Positions 25,973-40,889 are shown, counted from the first letter of the whole stretch. The stretch is 61,062 bases of DNA, filler included, from Dugesia japonica (GCA_001938525.1; 6 parts of 6 records of this genome joined end to end with filler, not necessarily neighbours in it), one strand, 5' to 3'. Numbers and translations: made by a program. The notes: generated from the sequence alone by a model not told the origin.

Positions 25973-26287
25973 NNNNNNNNNNNNNNNNNNNNNNNNNNNN
26001 NNNNNNNNNNNNNNNNTTAATTAATTAANNNNNNNNNNNNNNNNNNNNNNNNNNNNNNNNNNNNNNNNNNNNCAAATCACTTCTTATATTAATGTTAAAA
26101 CATAAAGTTAAAAACATAAAGTAAAAGTAAAGTTAAAACATTAAAAGAAAATTAATTTAATCAATAATTATTAATTATTATTTTAAATAAAAGTAAAACT
26201 CATGAAAAAAAAAAGTTTAATTATTATAATTTTCGTTAATTATAATAATTATTGATAATTTGCTAATTACGTAATCTCTAAAGCAGC

Positions 26288-27113
26288 AGGGTTCCANNNN
26301 NNNNNNNNNNNNNNTCCAGGAACACTTTGTAAATATATTTCCAAAAAAATCTTTATAAATATTTTTCGATTCTATTCGAATTCAATTTAAAATTATTTGT
26401 TGATTCCATTGATATTGACTTTAAAAAATGCATTTCCATTCTACTTTGTATGACTCAATTCCATTTCATTTTAATTAACTTTATCAGTACAAAGTATTGT
26501 TATACTACAGTTCTTATTAATATATAAAATTGGCAGGATATTCAAATTCTAAGATTTTAGTATTTGAGAGTTCCGTCAAAAATAGGTAAGATATCATCTC
26601 TACTTCGTCATGAAAGTTTTGAAATAAATCGTGGAAACTGTGCGTCTATAGCCTTAGACGGCTGGAAGAACACTGTTATTGGAGATAAGCACATTTCTAT
26701 AATTCTTTTTTTGTGATGAGCCTGTTTTCATTCAAAGCCATATCGTAGAGTAAGTCTCAGCAGAAAATATTTGTTTTCTTATTGAAGAAACATTAGAATT
26801 CCTTGATTAATATGGTATTATTGTTATTGGGGCAATAACTGATAATATCCGAAATATGATTTCCGCAGTGAACAAATTAAATAGTAAAAGGCCTACAATA
26901 CCGCCATTGAGATGTGTGTCTTATGTCTGCAATCAGATGGTTAAAGATCTTTATAGAAATATTATTTGTTTAAAAGTTACTTTCAAAATACTAAAAGAAT
27001 ATATAAATGAACGAAAAATTTCAAGATTTTTAGCCATTTTGATAAAATGAAAAAAAGAATATCCCAATAATGATCATCTCGGAAAAATCAACATGGCTGT
27101 TGTTTATCTAAAG
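26288..27113 (+). mobile_element. hAT (DUF659-type) transposase relic
   Basis: IALDGWKN..., IVIGAITDNIRNM (TDNAxNM) and LRCVSYVCNQMVKD (CxAHxLNL); CAGGGTTCC terminus at 26288. Confidence 0.75.
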
Positions 27114-30100
27114 NNNNNNNNNNNNNNNNNNNNNNNNNNNNNNNNNNNNNNNNNNNNNNNNNNNNNNNNNNNNNNNNNNNNNNNNNNNNNNNNNNNNNNN
27201 NNNNNNNNNNNNNNNNNNNNNNNNNNNNNNNNNNNNNNNNNNNNNNNNNNNNNNNNNNNNNNNNNNNNNNNNNNNNNNNNNNNNNNNNNNNNNNNNNNNN
27301 NNNNNNNNNNNNNNNNNNNNNNNNNNNAATTCTCTGTAAATGGTTTAGTGCATTAAAAATTGGAGCATTTGATGCTTGTATCCAATAAATATAATTTCTA
27401 AATTGTCAATAAATTTTAAAAAACTTCATAAATCTTTTACCCCAATCTATTGTAAGGTATTATTTTATACCTATCTATAAAACTCTTCATTTGACAAAAT
27501 AAACCGTTTTAATGAAACATAGTCTCACTTAATTCTTTGATTTTTACAAAACCTCACTTTTAATCAATTCCGGAAATCTTTACAATATATTGACTTGGAT
27601 TTTAAGAAACAAAGAATTTTGTTTGGTATTGAAAACCTACATATCAATATCAACCTGCACCCATCGAGGCCCGGAACCAGAATTTTTCAAACTCAGCCCG
27701 CTTTAGCACACCTCAGAATATAATTAATAATATTTCGTTTTTTAAGTTGAGAAATTGATTTGTATCATTAAAGACACTATTTTGCAAATAAATGATTGCG
27801 CTTTGTATGTCTTAGCTCACAAATATTTATCCTTTAAATGTGATTACAGTTTTAGTCAGTAAGTTTGTTGTTTCATAGTTTCTTTCAGTTCATACAATTC
27901 CAATATTTTAACAATGAGAATCATAGTTCTTCACAAATAAAGAAATTAGGACTACATTGGCAATTAAATCTTTTAGGATTGACAAAGACTCTGATATTTT
28001 AGCATGGCAACTGCACAATGTTATATTTATCAGATATTTTACTGGACAATATTCCTTTCATAAGATTTTTCTGATATTTCTCTCATGAAAGGTTATACAA
28101 AAATGTATTGATTCTGTAGATATTATCAGTATATTTCTAGACAGAAATGATACTGACATAAAATAAACTATTCCCTTGTTACTGATGATAATTTTTCATT
28201 TATCAATTATACAATAATATTTCATTTGATTTTTATTAGATTTTTATTTATAAATCAATTTTTATTGGCCAAGAGTTTACAACATTAAATTATTATTTTA
28301 CGTATTAATCATCGATCAGTAATTTGTCAAATGCTATTTTCAAGAAGATCAAAACGTTCATATTTTCAAATTAAGAAAGATTATTTTTAAAAAATTAATC
28401 ATTAAAATAACAAAGTTAATTAATTTATTAGAATTAATACTTTAAATACAAGTCTTTACATCAAATAAAAATGTAAAACCGACAATTATAAATGTCAGAA
28501 ATAATTTCCTAATGTGGATTTTATTAAATTTTTTTGTAAATTTATTTTATGTCATTTGTTTAAATATTGATTTAAATGTTGTATAGATTTTGGACTTTCT
28601 GAAACAAATAATTTTGGTATGATATTTTTTAATTAGTGTTGTAATTTTGATGAAATTTTCTATTAATATTATGGTAAATTTTAAGTTTTTAATTGTATTA
28701 TATTTATTTTTACATTATTTTTGTAACGAATGCATTCTATTCCAAGAAGATGTATAAATTGTTTTATTAATAAATTTTGTATTATGAATTCTGATTTATT
28801 TGCGAAAGAAAAGAGTTGAAAATTATTAAGTATTATTATAAAAACGTAAATTTTTAAAAATTTTTAAATTTCAAAATTTTAATTGTAAAGATGTCATTAA
28901 ATTTCAATGTTTATTAGCGTAAGTTTTGAATTGTAAAATTTAATTGTAGTGATTTTTAAAAATGTTTTCTTTTAAATGTAAATGTTTAGTGTTAAACGTT
29001 TTAATACAAATTTTTAATTTTACAATTTCTACAATGTAAATGTAAAATTTAATTACAGAATTTTTAATTTAAGATGTTTAATTTCTAGAGTTTTGAATAT
29101 AAATGTTTAGTGTAAAAATTATTAATAAAATTTTAATGGTTTTATTTTATTAAAATAATTGAATAATGTAAAATATATATTTTAATAAATATAATAGTTT
29201 GTTTAAATTAATTATAAGATATAAATTGCATAAGGTGATTTTGGAAGTAAACGTTTCAGAAATTCAAAAATTTTAAAGAAGCTAATTATATGTATTTCAA
29301 TAAAGTTTTGAAAATAAAGTATTTATTTGAAATTTAATTAAATGAAGAAAACGAATAAATCTAACAGAAACAATACATTTTATTTACTATAAAAAAAGTA
29401 TACAAATCAATTTAAATTAAAAATAAAGAAACTATTTTGTGTTTCCCTGAAACATTTTGCGAGTGTTCAATTTATTTTTAAGTTTAAATAATTCATTTTA
29501 TCGTTCAACTTACAAATTTTCGAAATGAAAACTTATTCAGAAAAATGGTAACGAAATTAGTCAAATAAATGTCTGATGAATTTCAGACTACTATCAACTG
29601 AAATTAATTCAGACAAAATTAAATTGAAAATCTAATTTTGAAATAAAATTCTATTAGACAGAAAATACTTACGGTTAAAAAATATTAATAATTTCTTTTA
29701 CAACTTTTATATATGAAATCTAAATTATATAGAAAGAAATGATAAATCGAAGCTTTCGACTATACAATATTATAGTTTGAAAAATGAAAACATCTGTTTC
29801 TGATTTACATAACTAAAAATTCAATAGAGATTGTTTCAGAGTTAAAGAAAACCTAAGGAAAAACATTATTGCTTTTTTTAAAAAAATTCATTTTTGTCAT
29901 AAAAATTTAATTATATTTTCTAACTAGTTAAATATGATTTAAATTTTGTTTTTATTTTAAATATAAATTTATTAAATTTTCATTTTATTTATTTTAGCAG
30001 AATATTAAAGAAGTATAAATTATTTACAATTTTTCTTTGATCAATAAATGAAATTTGAAACTTCTAAAATCAATTTGAAAAAGAGAAAATTAAAAAAATT

Positions 30101-30639
30101 TTTAAAAGAGGTTAACGTATTATGAATAAATTAAAGAGCCACAAAATCTCTTCGAATAATTTCTATTTGTTAACTTTTAAAATTCAATAATATAGAACAC
30201 GTGACCAGTTAAAATGGAATTTTTATTTTTATTTTCATTTCACATACTACAAAATTTTAACGTATTTTCACTTGCGTGTTAAGACGACAAATAGTTCGGT
30301 TACATAACCATTTAACTTAATTTTCTTATTTTCGGTAAAAAGTATTTACTATTTTACTTTCTTCAATAAAAAATTTACTCTGAAATAATAATAAAACAAA
30401 CGAGTTTACAATTTTGATGGGAGAGTAGCAATTGCCAACAATTTTTGTATATAAATAAATAATATAATATAAATAAAGTTTGTAATTTTCATATTATTAA
30501 TATTTTCTTCAAAATTACTTTTATACAAAACAACTGTACATATTAGGTGTATGTATTAATTTTAACGGGATTTTATACAACATTATCTTCAAAAAAAAAT
30601 GGATAAATACGTCTTCATTATAGAAAGTTATTGCAAATA

Positions 30640-31230
30640 CCTCATTCAAAATATTGTTCATTACTGTACACTACTTTTTCCCATCTTTCTAGTGAATGGT
30701 AGATTTCACGGCGAAATAAAACAACATCTTTTGAGTCTATCCACGATACGAAAATTTTTTGGTATCCTCATAGAAATGCAAGTGCTGCTCATATAAGGCA
30801 AGTGTGACACAATGTGTCATCGATCGGAATAGAGTGAAATCTGTAGGTGCAATATTTAGGAAATACGATGGATGTGGTTTAACTTCTTAGTTAAGTACTT
30901 CTAACGTGTTCTTGAAAATTTATTCAGTATGTGAACAAGCATTGTAGTACTGTAAAATTACTTTGTCTTGCCTTTTCTTGTAATCTGGCCGTTTCTCCTT
31001 TAATGATCTGCTTAATTGCATTAATTTATGTTTGTACAATTCCGCAATGATGGTTTTGTTAGGTTTGTGGAGTTCATAATATACTACCGAAACATAGTCC
31101 TACCGAATGTAAAGTATCAGTTTGGTACCATGAATATTTGGCTATACAATAGATTTTAATAGTTTGTCTGGCCTACTTTGTATTATGGAATAGTATCCTT
31201 TTCTTATCACCTGTTAATAATAGGCTGTTA
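30640..31230 (-). pseudogene. Mariner transposase relic
   Basis: TGDKKRILFHN, PNIHGTKL, VVYYELHKPNKTI, LKEKRP..KRQDKVILQYYNA, HPSYFLNIAPTDF.LFRSM. Confidence 0.85.
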
Positions 31231-32289
31231 TGTAGAGATGTAAAAAGTGTATTTTTGTCTCTTTAAAGAAGCAATTCACTAGTCATTTTACGTCTTTCAA
31301 CGTGTGATAATTTTTAAATATAAAACACTTTCAGTTTGTTATAATGCTAGAACCGCTTATAAATTATAGAAAAGAGTTTTATAGATATGTAAAAAATAAT
31401 ACCTTACAATAGATTGGAGTAAAAGATACTACACTATGAAGTTTTTTAAAATTTATAGACAATTTAGAAATTATGTTTATTGGATACAAACAATTTTCGA
31501 ATATTAAACATTAGTTTAAATTTTTATTTCAATTAAAACTGGAATAAACTTCCAGTTTGAATGCATAAGGCTTTCAAGATCAAACTTTAGATTTCAATTA
31601 CTAAAAATATTAAACCTCCTCTCTTTAATTTTTTCTCTCTATGTTTAATGGAGTAAAGCAAAACTAATCTGAAGAAGTTAGAAAATTTCATTTTTTATCC
31701 GAAATTCAAAAAACAAATATAATTACCTACTAACGCATTTGAAAAATTTATTACTAGCATTAAACACATAAATAATAATATATAGGTCTTTGAATTCAAC
31801 CCGTGGGGGGCCCACGGCTAAAAAATGGTCATTTCTTTTCGGGTTGAGGAAGCAGGTTTGAGTTGGACACACCCCAGTTTATAAGCACGCGAAGACTTAA
31901 ATTATGTATTTGCATCAATATCAATATTTTTTATTATTAAAAAAAGAAACATCGAATGATTGATAATTATATAATAAATTATTGACTGAAAATGAATATA
32001 AGATTACAGTTAACTTCGTCAGTAAATTTTAAGCAAACTCAATGAAAAACGAAACTTTTCTAAGATTTAATTAAAATATCGTATCCAATTATCGAATTAC
32101 CACAAATTAACCAATCAAAACTGTGGACGTTTTGATGGAAGAAACTAGAATAAAATATTTATTTTCCATTTGTGTTATGGGAATATTTCTGAATTATTGT
32201 CGGATTTAAATTATTGAGACTTGAGTGTTTATTGCAGACACTGATAATAAATTATTTATAACTAAATAATAGACTGTTTGATTATGTTA

Positions 32290-32454
32290 TAATAATAAAT
32301 ATAATTATAATAATAATAATAATAATAATTATTATTATTATTATTATTATTATTTTTAATATTTTTATAATTATTATTGTTATTTATTATTGTTATTAAT
32401 ATTATTATCATTAATGTTAATTATTAATTGTTATTATTAGTTTTATTGTTATTA

Positions 32455-32506
<52 letters not shown>

Positions 32507-32556
32507 NNNNNNNNNNNNNNNNNNNNNNNNNNNNNNNNNNNNNNNNNNNNNNNNNN

Positions 32557-32625
<69 letters not shown>
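32290..32625. repeat. (AAT)n/(ATT)n microsatellite; poly-N and poly-L ORFs here are artefacts
   Basis: Direct inspection. Confidence 0.95.
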
Positions 32626-32626
<1 letters not shown>

Positions 32627-34519
32627 AGATATTTTTTAATTACTATTTTTATTAATCATAGGCTTATTTTATTTTATTTTGAAAACGCTACTTACAAATA
32701 TGATATTTCTATCTCACTTTGATAATATGCACTATCTAAATCAATTGTAAAATATTTCGATTGATTTAAAACATCCAATGGTATACATTGGTATTATTAA
32801 TATTTTTACAATAATATTATGAGTTGTGAAATTAAAATTAATATTATTTTTACTTTTTTCTTGTCACAAACAATATAGTGATTCGTTGTTACTTTAATAA
32901 ATTCACTCAATTTCTTAGATTTGTTCATTTATTTTATCTATTAAATCTGTATATTGAAAATATCCTTTTCAAGTTGTCAAAAATAGTTTTATTTATCAAA
33001 ATTTCATTCGGAATCCATAAAATTATTGAAATATTATAATTTTATTTTTACTGTTTTATTGCACTTAAATATTCTATTTTGTTAAACTTCATTTCTAATT
33101 TTATATTAATTAAACATGATTTTTTCATCAATTAATCTCTGTGATCTTTCAGTTTGAATGTAAAATACGGCATTTTCGTTTTCACTTCTTTAACAAAAAC
33201 ATCGATTATTGAACTTAATCATTGATTTCATTTATAAATTTTCAATTTCGTTTTTTACTTTGTCAGATTTTGACTATTTTTCTGAATAATCGAAATAAAT
33301 GTCGAAAATTTAATTAACTAATAAGAGAAAATTTTTTTTTGTAAAACAAGACATTTAATATAACTTCATTTTTGAGAATACCTCTTCAATCGGGTTCATC
33401 ATTCGAGGATATGAATGTAAGATTTTGTTCAATTTTATTTAATATTCTTTCATCACGCTTTTTTTCAATCAAAACGTTTTTATCTTTTTTGAAATTTGAG
33501 AATAATTGATTCGGCTGAACTTTCATTAATTTCAGCAATCCTAGGTGATTCTTAGTTTGTTTTACCTTCTTCAAAACAATTTATCCACATTTTATTCCTA
33601 TCCAGGCTTATTTTGTTTCGCGGAGATCGAAAAAGTTTGAGAACCAGTATTATATATCAAATCTGCATTTTTCTATTTCTTCCTATTAATTTTCAAACTG
33701 CAAGCTTTCTGATCGTAATTCGATATGTTGAATAGTAATTTTGAGTGCAATAAAATAAGGTTCTGATTAATTAAACAAAACACAACATATGAACATTGTC
33801 TTATAGAAAACTTTAATAACTATTAATTTAAACACTTTAGTTAAATTTCGTTTATAATAATAACAACATAAACAATTTTAGTTATGTATGAAATCAGAAA
33901 TAGTGAATAATTAAAATAGTTATTCAAAACAAAGTTGGTGGTGAAATGTAAAAAGTTGTTATTGGGGTAAAATACATGTATAGTTAATTTATTTACTTAG
34001 TTATTTTGTAAACTTAATATAAAATATTAAATTAAATTCAAAGAAACTTTTCTCATAAAAATTCTCATATTTCTCTTATTTCTTTTCTTAAAGAAAGTTT
34101 TTTTTCTCAAAATCATTAATTTTAGTTTAATTTTTTCATTTATATATATGATCAGATATCTGAAATGCATTTAACTATCGATCTGTATACAATGAATATT
34201 TGAGGATTCTTGGTAACATCGACCAATCCTTCTGTTTTCTGAGGAATTGATGATCCTAAATCTAGTTGACTGACGTTTATCGTAATTCTCATTTGTTTTC
34301 TCCTTCATTATAATTATTAAAATTGTTGCTGTTAATTTGTCTTGAAACAACAAAAAATTGTTGTTTTTACCATAAGAAATTTCAATTAAAATTTTATTTC
34401 CAAAAACAAAGTTTTATAAGTAAAATAATTTGCAACTTATTAGCAAACAAGGGTTCAACGTTGGGTAATATTTAGGATCTCACTTGTGTACCAATCCGGG
34501 TGTTAAGAGTTGAACAAAA

Positions 34520-35330
34520 TGGTAAGGTTATTCTGAAGGTCTTCTATATTCTCCAAAGACCGCCCTCAAAGAAAGTATTCCATCACTCAAAACAGATTAA
34601 AATAAAGCGGCACAAGGTATGGTAAGTATGATGGATGCGGAAATATCTCAATTCCTTTAAGACAGTTTCCGTTGATTTTCGTAAGAAAATCTCTATTTCT
34701 AACAAAACTTTCTTTTGGTTGATTAAATGAAAATATTTTGCTTTCATAAATTTGTGAACTCTTTCTAACTGCGTTGTGAAAATATTGAAGCTTATACTTT
34801 GATCATAAAGTAGACGTTTGAAAACAAGGATACCATCATAATTCCAAAAAACAAAAATCATGTCATTTTTCAAATTGAATGACTTTAGTATAAAAAGTAA
34901 GTGATTCATTTGAGAATAGACATTACCTATTATTTGTTGAGATTGCTTAACAACATACAACTTTGTTTATTGCAATAACTCTTTCAAAATACCGTTTGTC
35001 CAATGGATTATTCAATAACATTTTACATATTTAAAGCTGTTTGGTCGCCTGAACTTCCTCCAGTCCAAAAATACATTCTAGGAGCTCTATATATTTTATC
35101 AATTGTTTGCAGATGGCAATGAATGGTTGATTTTGAAGATTTAAGGCTATTGCACTGTAGTCACAACTATTTGATGAAATTGCACACTAGTCGACTTGAC
35201 TTGTAGAGAAAGGTGAATCGGATTCTATATACTCTTGCTGCAGCTTCTTATAATTGAGACCGTTTATTAGAGTCTGGTTTGCATTTGAAGGTTGTGTCAT
35301 CGTTGTTTAACTTAACAAANNNNNNNNNNN
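34520..35330 (-). pseudogene. Mariner transposase relic
   Basis: VFWNYDGILVF..L, QLERVH..MKAKY.HLINQKKVLL, HPSYLPYLVP.YFNLF (HPPYSPDLAPSDFHLF). Confidence 0.75.
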
Positions 35331-36740
35331 NNNNNATTTTATTCATTTCGTTTGTGCTTTAAACATCTGTAATAGAAGGGTAGCTTTTAAAACATAGATC
35401 TTTCGATTTCAGATTATTGAAAACGAAAGATCTAATAAAACTATGTAATAAAACTATTTAATATTTTACTATTATCTGTGGCAATAGAACAAATTTCAGT
35501 AAAAATACAATTTACTTGTTTATTCAGAAAATCATAAAAATTATTAAACAATTATCAGTAATTTATATTATTTCAAACTAAACACGGTTATCTTTAATTT
35601 ACGTTATTTTACCAAAAACATTCTAATACTTTACATTCTTGATAAAATGTTTCTATTTACTGTAAATTTTGTGGATTTTAATTGGGTTTCTATTTATTTT
35701 ATTTTTGTTTTCTTTATCAAATATTGTATTTTAAAAAATATTTTACGAAAATCCATTCTTTGTTCTCATTCTATAACGTTAGTTTCTTTGTTCGGTAACT
35801 CGATTCGATAATGAATTCTTGTTTTGTTGCAACAGTCACGCAATTATCTTAATCTCAACCATTTCCGTTTTGTTTATCAGTATCAATAACCAAAACAAAT
35901 TTCTCAGTGTTTGTTGTTTAATTTTCTATTTAACACTCAAATTGACTAGGATAATAGAAAATCTGTCATTATTTTATTTATAGTGAAATATTTGGTAGAA
36001 TACTTTTGTGAAATACCGCTTTTATTTTTAGAATAATTGTGTATTCTGATTTTGGGCTTTACTATTTGAGTTAATATTATTATTTTAATAATCATTTTAC
36101 AATTACAATTATCGACTTAACCATTGATTGTATTTGAGATTTCATTAAATTAAAATCTTCGATCAAAATATTTGTAAGATAGATTTTAAAAGCAGATTTA
36201 ATTTTTTTGTATTCTGAAACGTAATTTATTAAAATCGAATTTGTTAAATATTTAAATTGAATCTTTAAAATAATTTGTAAAATAAATTTTAAAATTAACC
36301 GTTAGAAGCAAACAAATTTTNNNNNNNNNNNNNNNNNNNNNNNNNNNNNNNNNNNNNNNNNNNNNNNNNNNNNNNNNNNNNNTTATAATTTTTATAATTT
36401 TATAGTTATTTGTAAAATTATCAAATTTCTGATTTTCAATAAAGTATATTATTTATTGAGTTTTTGAATTATACGTTATTTATTAAAATGTAAAATAAAA
36501 TTTAAAACTGATTTAATAAAAACTCTTTCAAAAAGCTGATATTTTGTATTTTTCGTTTCGAATATAAAATTTTAAATTTGTTTGAAAAAAACAAATTTAT
36601 ATTCTTAGTTTTTGTTTTGTGAATAATTTTTTTATAAAAGCTAGTTGTGAGTTCAATTCTTCGTTGAGTTCTCCAAACTTATCTAACAATATTGTTTCTC
36701 TTTTTTTAAATTTATATTTTTAATTTTTGATAGTATTTTG

Positions 36741-36770
36741 AATTTTCGACTTTCGTCAGGAATTGACTTT
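36741..36770 (-). ncRNA. Degenerate hammerhead motif of the same repeat family
   Basis: Minus strand GUCAAUUC-CUGACGA-AAGUC-GAAA-AUUC; stem II shortened and stem I 3' strand lost. Confidence 0.45.
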
Positions 36771-36893
36771 TAGATTTAATCAATATTTTTTGTGAAAATA
36801 TAAATACTTTTAGAATTAATTTATTTTATTAAATTTTAATTGGTTAATGTATTTAATTATTATAAATTACATTGATTTTAGGTTTATCTTTAC

Positions 36894-37075
36894 CTCAGTA
36901 AATTTTCATGTGTTTTCCTGTGAAGTGTGGAAATGTAATCTGTTCCTAACATTTCCATGTTATATGTTGTTGTTTGATGAAATTTAATGTTTGAGTTGAA
37001 AGTATTTGAGAACTTTACTTTCTTTTTGTTTGAGATGTTCCTTAATTCTTGTTCGGATGATTCTGCATGTTTCAA
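36894..37075 (-). other. Possible host exon of an unidentified gene
   Basis: Open frame ending at a GAG|GTAAAG donor-like site; no recognisable motif. Confidence 0.25.
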
Positions 37076-37185
37076 ATATATATATNNNNNNNNNNNNNNN
37101 NNNNNNNNNNNNNNNNNNNNNNNNNNNNNTTAATTAATTAANNNNNNNNNNNNNNNNNNNNNNNNNNNNNNNNNNNNNNNNNNNN

Positions 37186-39695
37186 TTAAACCAGCTTCTT
37201 TTATACGTTTCAAAACATTGTCAATTCTCTTATAGTGTTCTTTAATAGTTTCGGAAAAACTAAAATATCATCTAAGTAAACCCCTGCTTCCTTCCAATTT
37301 AATGGACCTAAAACCTTATTCATCAATTTTTGAAAAGTAGCAGGGGCAGCTGCGATTCTAAAGGGCATTCTATTAAAATAATATTGTGCACCTTTTGTCG
37401 AAAATGCAGTTTTACATTTTGAGTCATCTGTTAATTCTACTTGATAGTAAGCATTACNNNNNNNNNNNNNNNNNNNNNNNNNNNNNNNNNNNNNNNNNNN
37501 NNNNATTTCTTCAGTGTTTGGAATAGGAAAAATTGGTCTTTCTGTAACTTCATTTAACAATCTATACTCTAAGCAAAGTCGTATTTCATCATTGTCTCCT
37601 TTTTTTACGCAAACCAAAGGAGCATTCCAAGGGAAGTCACATTTACTTATAATTCCATTTATTTCCATTTCTTTTATATTTATCTCAATTTTATCTATTA
37701 AATGATAAGGTTGACGCCTATGATTTATTGCAATTGGTTTACAATTTGTTAATATTGCATGTCTTACAATATTAGTTTTTCCAATATCCCATTTATGTTT
37801 CATTATAATGCTTTCATATTTTTCTAAATTCGTCAAAATCATTTTATCTTTAATATTTTTAATTTTTAATGTTTTCGGTTTAAATTTAATTACATTAACA
37901 GATTCTTTATTAATGGTGAGTTTTATATTAAATTTATTCAATAGATTAATTCCACAAATAACATGTGGTGAGATTTCTTTAGCAACATAAAAACAAATAT
38001 TCTCCATTTTTTCATTAAGCTTTACATTTAAATATACTTTTCCTACACTTTTTTAAAGAACTATTATTCGCACATTTGACATTTATATCAGAATCAATTA
38101 TTGAAACATTTCCTATTCTATTTAATAATTCATATTTAATTACACTAATTTTAGCTCCAGTATCAAGTAAACATGATGTAACAATATTATTAATNNNNNN
38201 NNNNNNNNNNNNNNNNNNNNNNNNNNNNNNNNNNNNNNNNNNNNNNNNNNNNNNNNNNNNNNNNNNNNNNNNNNNNNNNNNNNNNNNNNNNNNNNNNNNN
38301 NNNNNNNNNNNNNNTTACAAAGTTATTTTTATTATCAACAATTATATCAAGCATAACATCATCACACAAATTATTTTCAAGCAATTCAGTATCATACACA
38401 CATTTACAATCATTATCAATCATAAAATTATTGCTCAAATCAAATCTTACATTTTTAATGAATCGCCCCGACAATTTCCTCTCTTGGAAGGGCTTTGGCT
38501 TTTCGGAATTGATCTGTCATAGTTCTGTCATCATCTGTCATCAAATCATCTGAATGTTCATTGTATGCTGCAACATTTTATTGACGATAATCTCTTTTCA
38601 TATCCCGAATCTCATAGCATTGATGTTTAAAATGTCCAGTTCTGTTACACTGGAAACATTTTACATTTGGACAATTAATTCTGACATGTCCTTCTTCTTT
38701 GAATGCCCAACATCGTTTAGATCTTTGTGGAAAATTATTTTCTGTTCTCTTAAATCCTCTTCCGTCAAAACGATTAATGGGTGCATTTGAATTAAAATAT
38801 CTTCTGGAATTCGAATATCGGTTTCTGTTGTTTTCCACTAAATTGTTCCTTTTAAATGTGACTGGTCGATTTGGCTGAAAATCATTAAATTTGGCAGTTG
38901 TTGCATAATTCTTCTTTTCGATTTAACTGCTGCAACATTGACTTCTAGATTAAGCTCCTTCTTGATACTGTACATTTTTGAAATAATATTTTTCATTTCT
39001 TCATTTGTTCTTGATACTCGAATTTTTATTTCTTTTTTAACATCTATATCTTCAACAGCATTTTGTAAAAGAAAACTGACCAGATTTTCATTTGTCAAGT
39101 TATGCCTGATTACATTCTCTGCAAGACGATCAATTTTGTTAAAAAACAAATTTATGGATTCGTTTCCTTTTCGATAATTTAATGCAGATAATAAATCTTT
39201 ACCGATATTTGCTGGTTCTTCAAAAGCTTTTCGGCATCTTTGGGCATAATCTTCAATTGAACCATCCATGGATTCATATCTTTTAACAGCATTTGAGGAA
39301 AGAAATGCTTTTATAAATGTTCTTTGAACAGGTCCTTGAGCCATTGTAAGCTCATAAAATCTTGCTATCTCGATTAAAAATTCTTCCACGCAGTCTCCAA
39401 TATCGAATGTATTTGGAGTTGGAACAAAGGAATTGAGCATATGCCCTTGGGTGGTCGCCATATTAGAAGTCTGTTTCATAACCATAATATTTATTAATAT
39501 GACAATATAAAAGGAGGAATAAATATATATGTAACTATGATTTGAGCAATCAACATACCTCAATCAGCAAACAAACATTGATCTGTTATGCAACACACAA
39601 AATATTTGAACTCTTTGTCAAATATTAATTATGCAGCATACAGTTTTAATAAGCCTTTATAATAAATATAAGATATCCTCACAGTAATTATGACA
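37186..39695 (-). mobile_element. Gypsy/Ty3 LTR retrotransposon, 5' half (LTR about 39461-39695, PBS, gag, protease, RT), truncated by contig join
   Basis: PBS TGGCGACCA overlapping the gag ATG; two CCHC-type knuckles (first degenerate; second CFQCNRTGHFKHQC); protease LLDTGA at about 38160; RT motifs WNAPLVCVKK, KTAFST, MPF.IAAAPATFQ, YLDD; frameshifts. Confidence 0.92.
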
Positions 39696-40889
39696 TTTTT
39701 TATTACTAATTATTAAATGAAATTTCTTTCAAGGTCTTGCTAGGAAACTTTGCACCGGAGCCCGCTTTTGCTCTGCCTGGCCCTGTCTGTGTGTTAGGAC
39801 TGAGTAAAATTAAGATTTTTATTAAATTTTAAAATAAATTAAAATTTTTTAAATAATTTGAAATTTGAATTAAAATATGTATGTTCATTGTAGATAAACT
39901 TGTTTTATGTTTTATTCCTATTCTTCTGAATAGTGAGCAATATCTAAAAACAGAATTTAAAATAACTTAATTAATTAATTAAAAATTTAGGTGAAAAGTT
40001 GAAATAAAAATGAAATATTAAAAAGAAAAAAAGGGAGCAAAAAATTCAAGACTCTAATTAGAAAAAGACAGCTGTAATTGAAACAAGAAATGTGAGAGGT
40101 CAAAATAAACACGAGTGACGTTGGAATGGTGGAAAAATAGATAATTAAAAACTGTGAAATCTGACGAGAACAGAAAGTCAAAATTCTGCGCCAAATCACA
40201 GTCCATATAAAGAAAGAGATTCAGCAAAATTTCAGTCCACATGTTAAGCGGACTCGTGTTTTATTAAACCATATCTTAACGTGGTCCGATAGTATTATAT
40301 CATAATATAATTGCTTGTATGTCTGAATGATTATATAACTGTCATCAGGGTAAATTTAGTAATATCTATACTTGATTGCAATATAATCAGATAATCTTGA
40401 TATTTAATACACTTTTATACCAATTCTTTCATATTCTTAGTTTTATTTGACAAAAATCTAAATTTCCACTTAAAATATATAAATAAGTAAATACATTTTA
40501 TATTATTCGGATTGAAAATTTGCCAATGATAACAAATTAAATATATATACTTATATAATATATATTGCAATTAACATATCAAACTTCAATCTAAATTAGA
40601 TAATTATTTAACTTAATAGTAACATATTTAAATATCAAATATATAATCATTGAAAACCGTGAGGACGCATTTAGACCACCTCTTAAAATCACCGCTACAG
40701 GCGCCCGCCTGCTTTGCCTGTGCGTAATGCCGGCACTGGTCAGATTGAAATAAAATACAAAGTATTTCTTATTTGTTCCTCTAATTTATTTTTAAAAATA
40801 TACTGCCCATCAATTTATAAAAGTAATAGGGTTAGTATTTTTTGATATTTTTAAAAATTTTGGTGAGCAATACGTACACTTTGTGTTAG

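Noticed and set aside
27900-28150. Cys-rich minus-strand fragment (possible piggyBac C-terminal domain)
   Set aside because: Too many frameshifts to call.
32424-32655. Poly-Asn and poly-Leu ORFs
   Set aside because: Translations of an (AAT)n microsatellite.
40155-40190. CTGACGA...GAAA hammerhead candidate
   Set aside because: No stem II or convincing stem I pairing; a similar partial word at about 32015 was also rejected.
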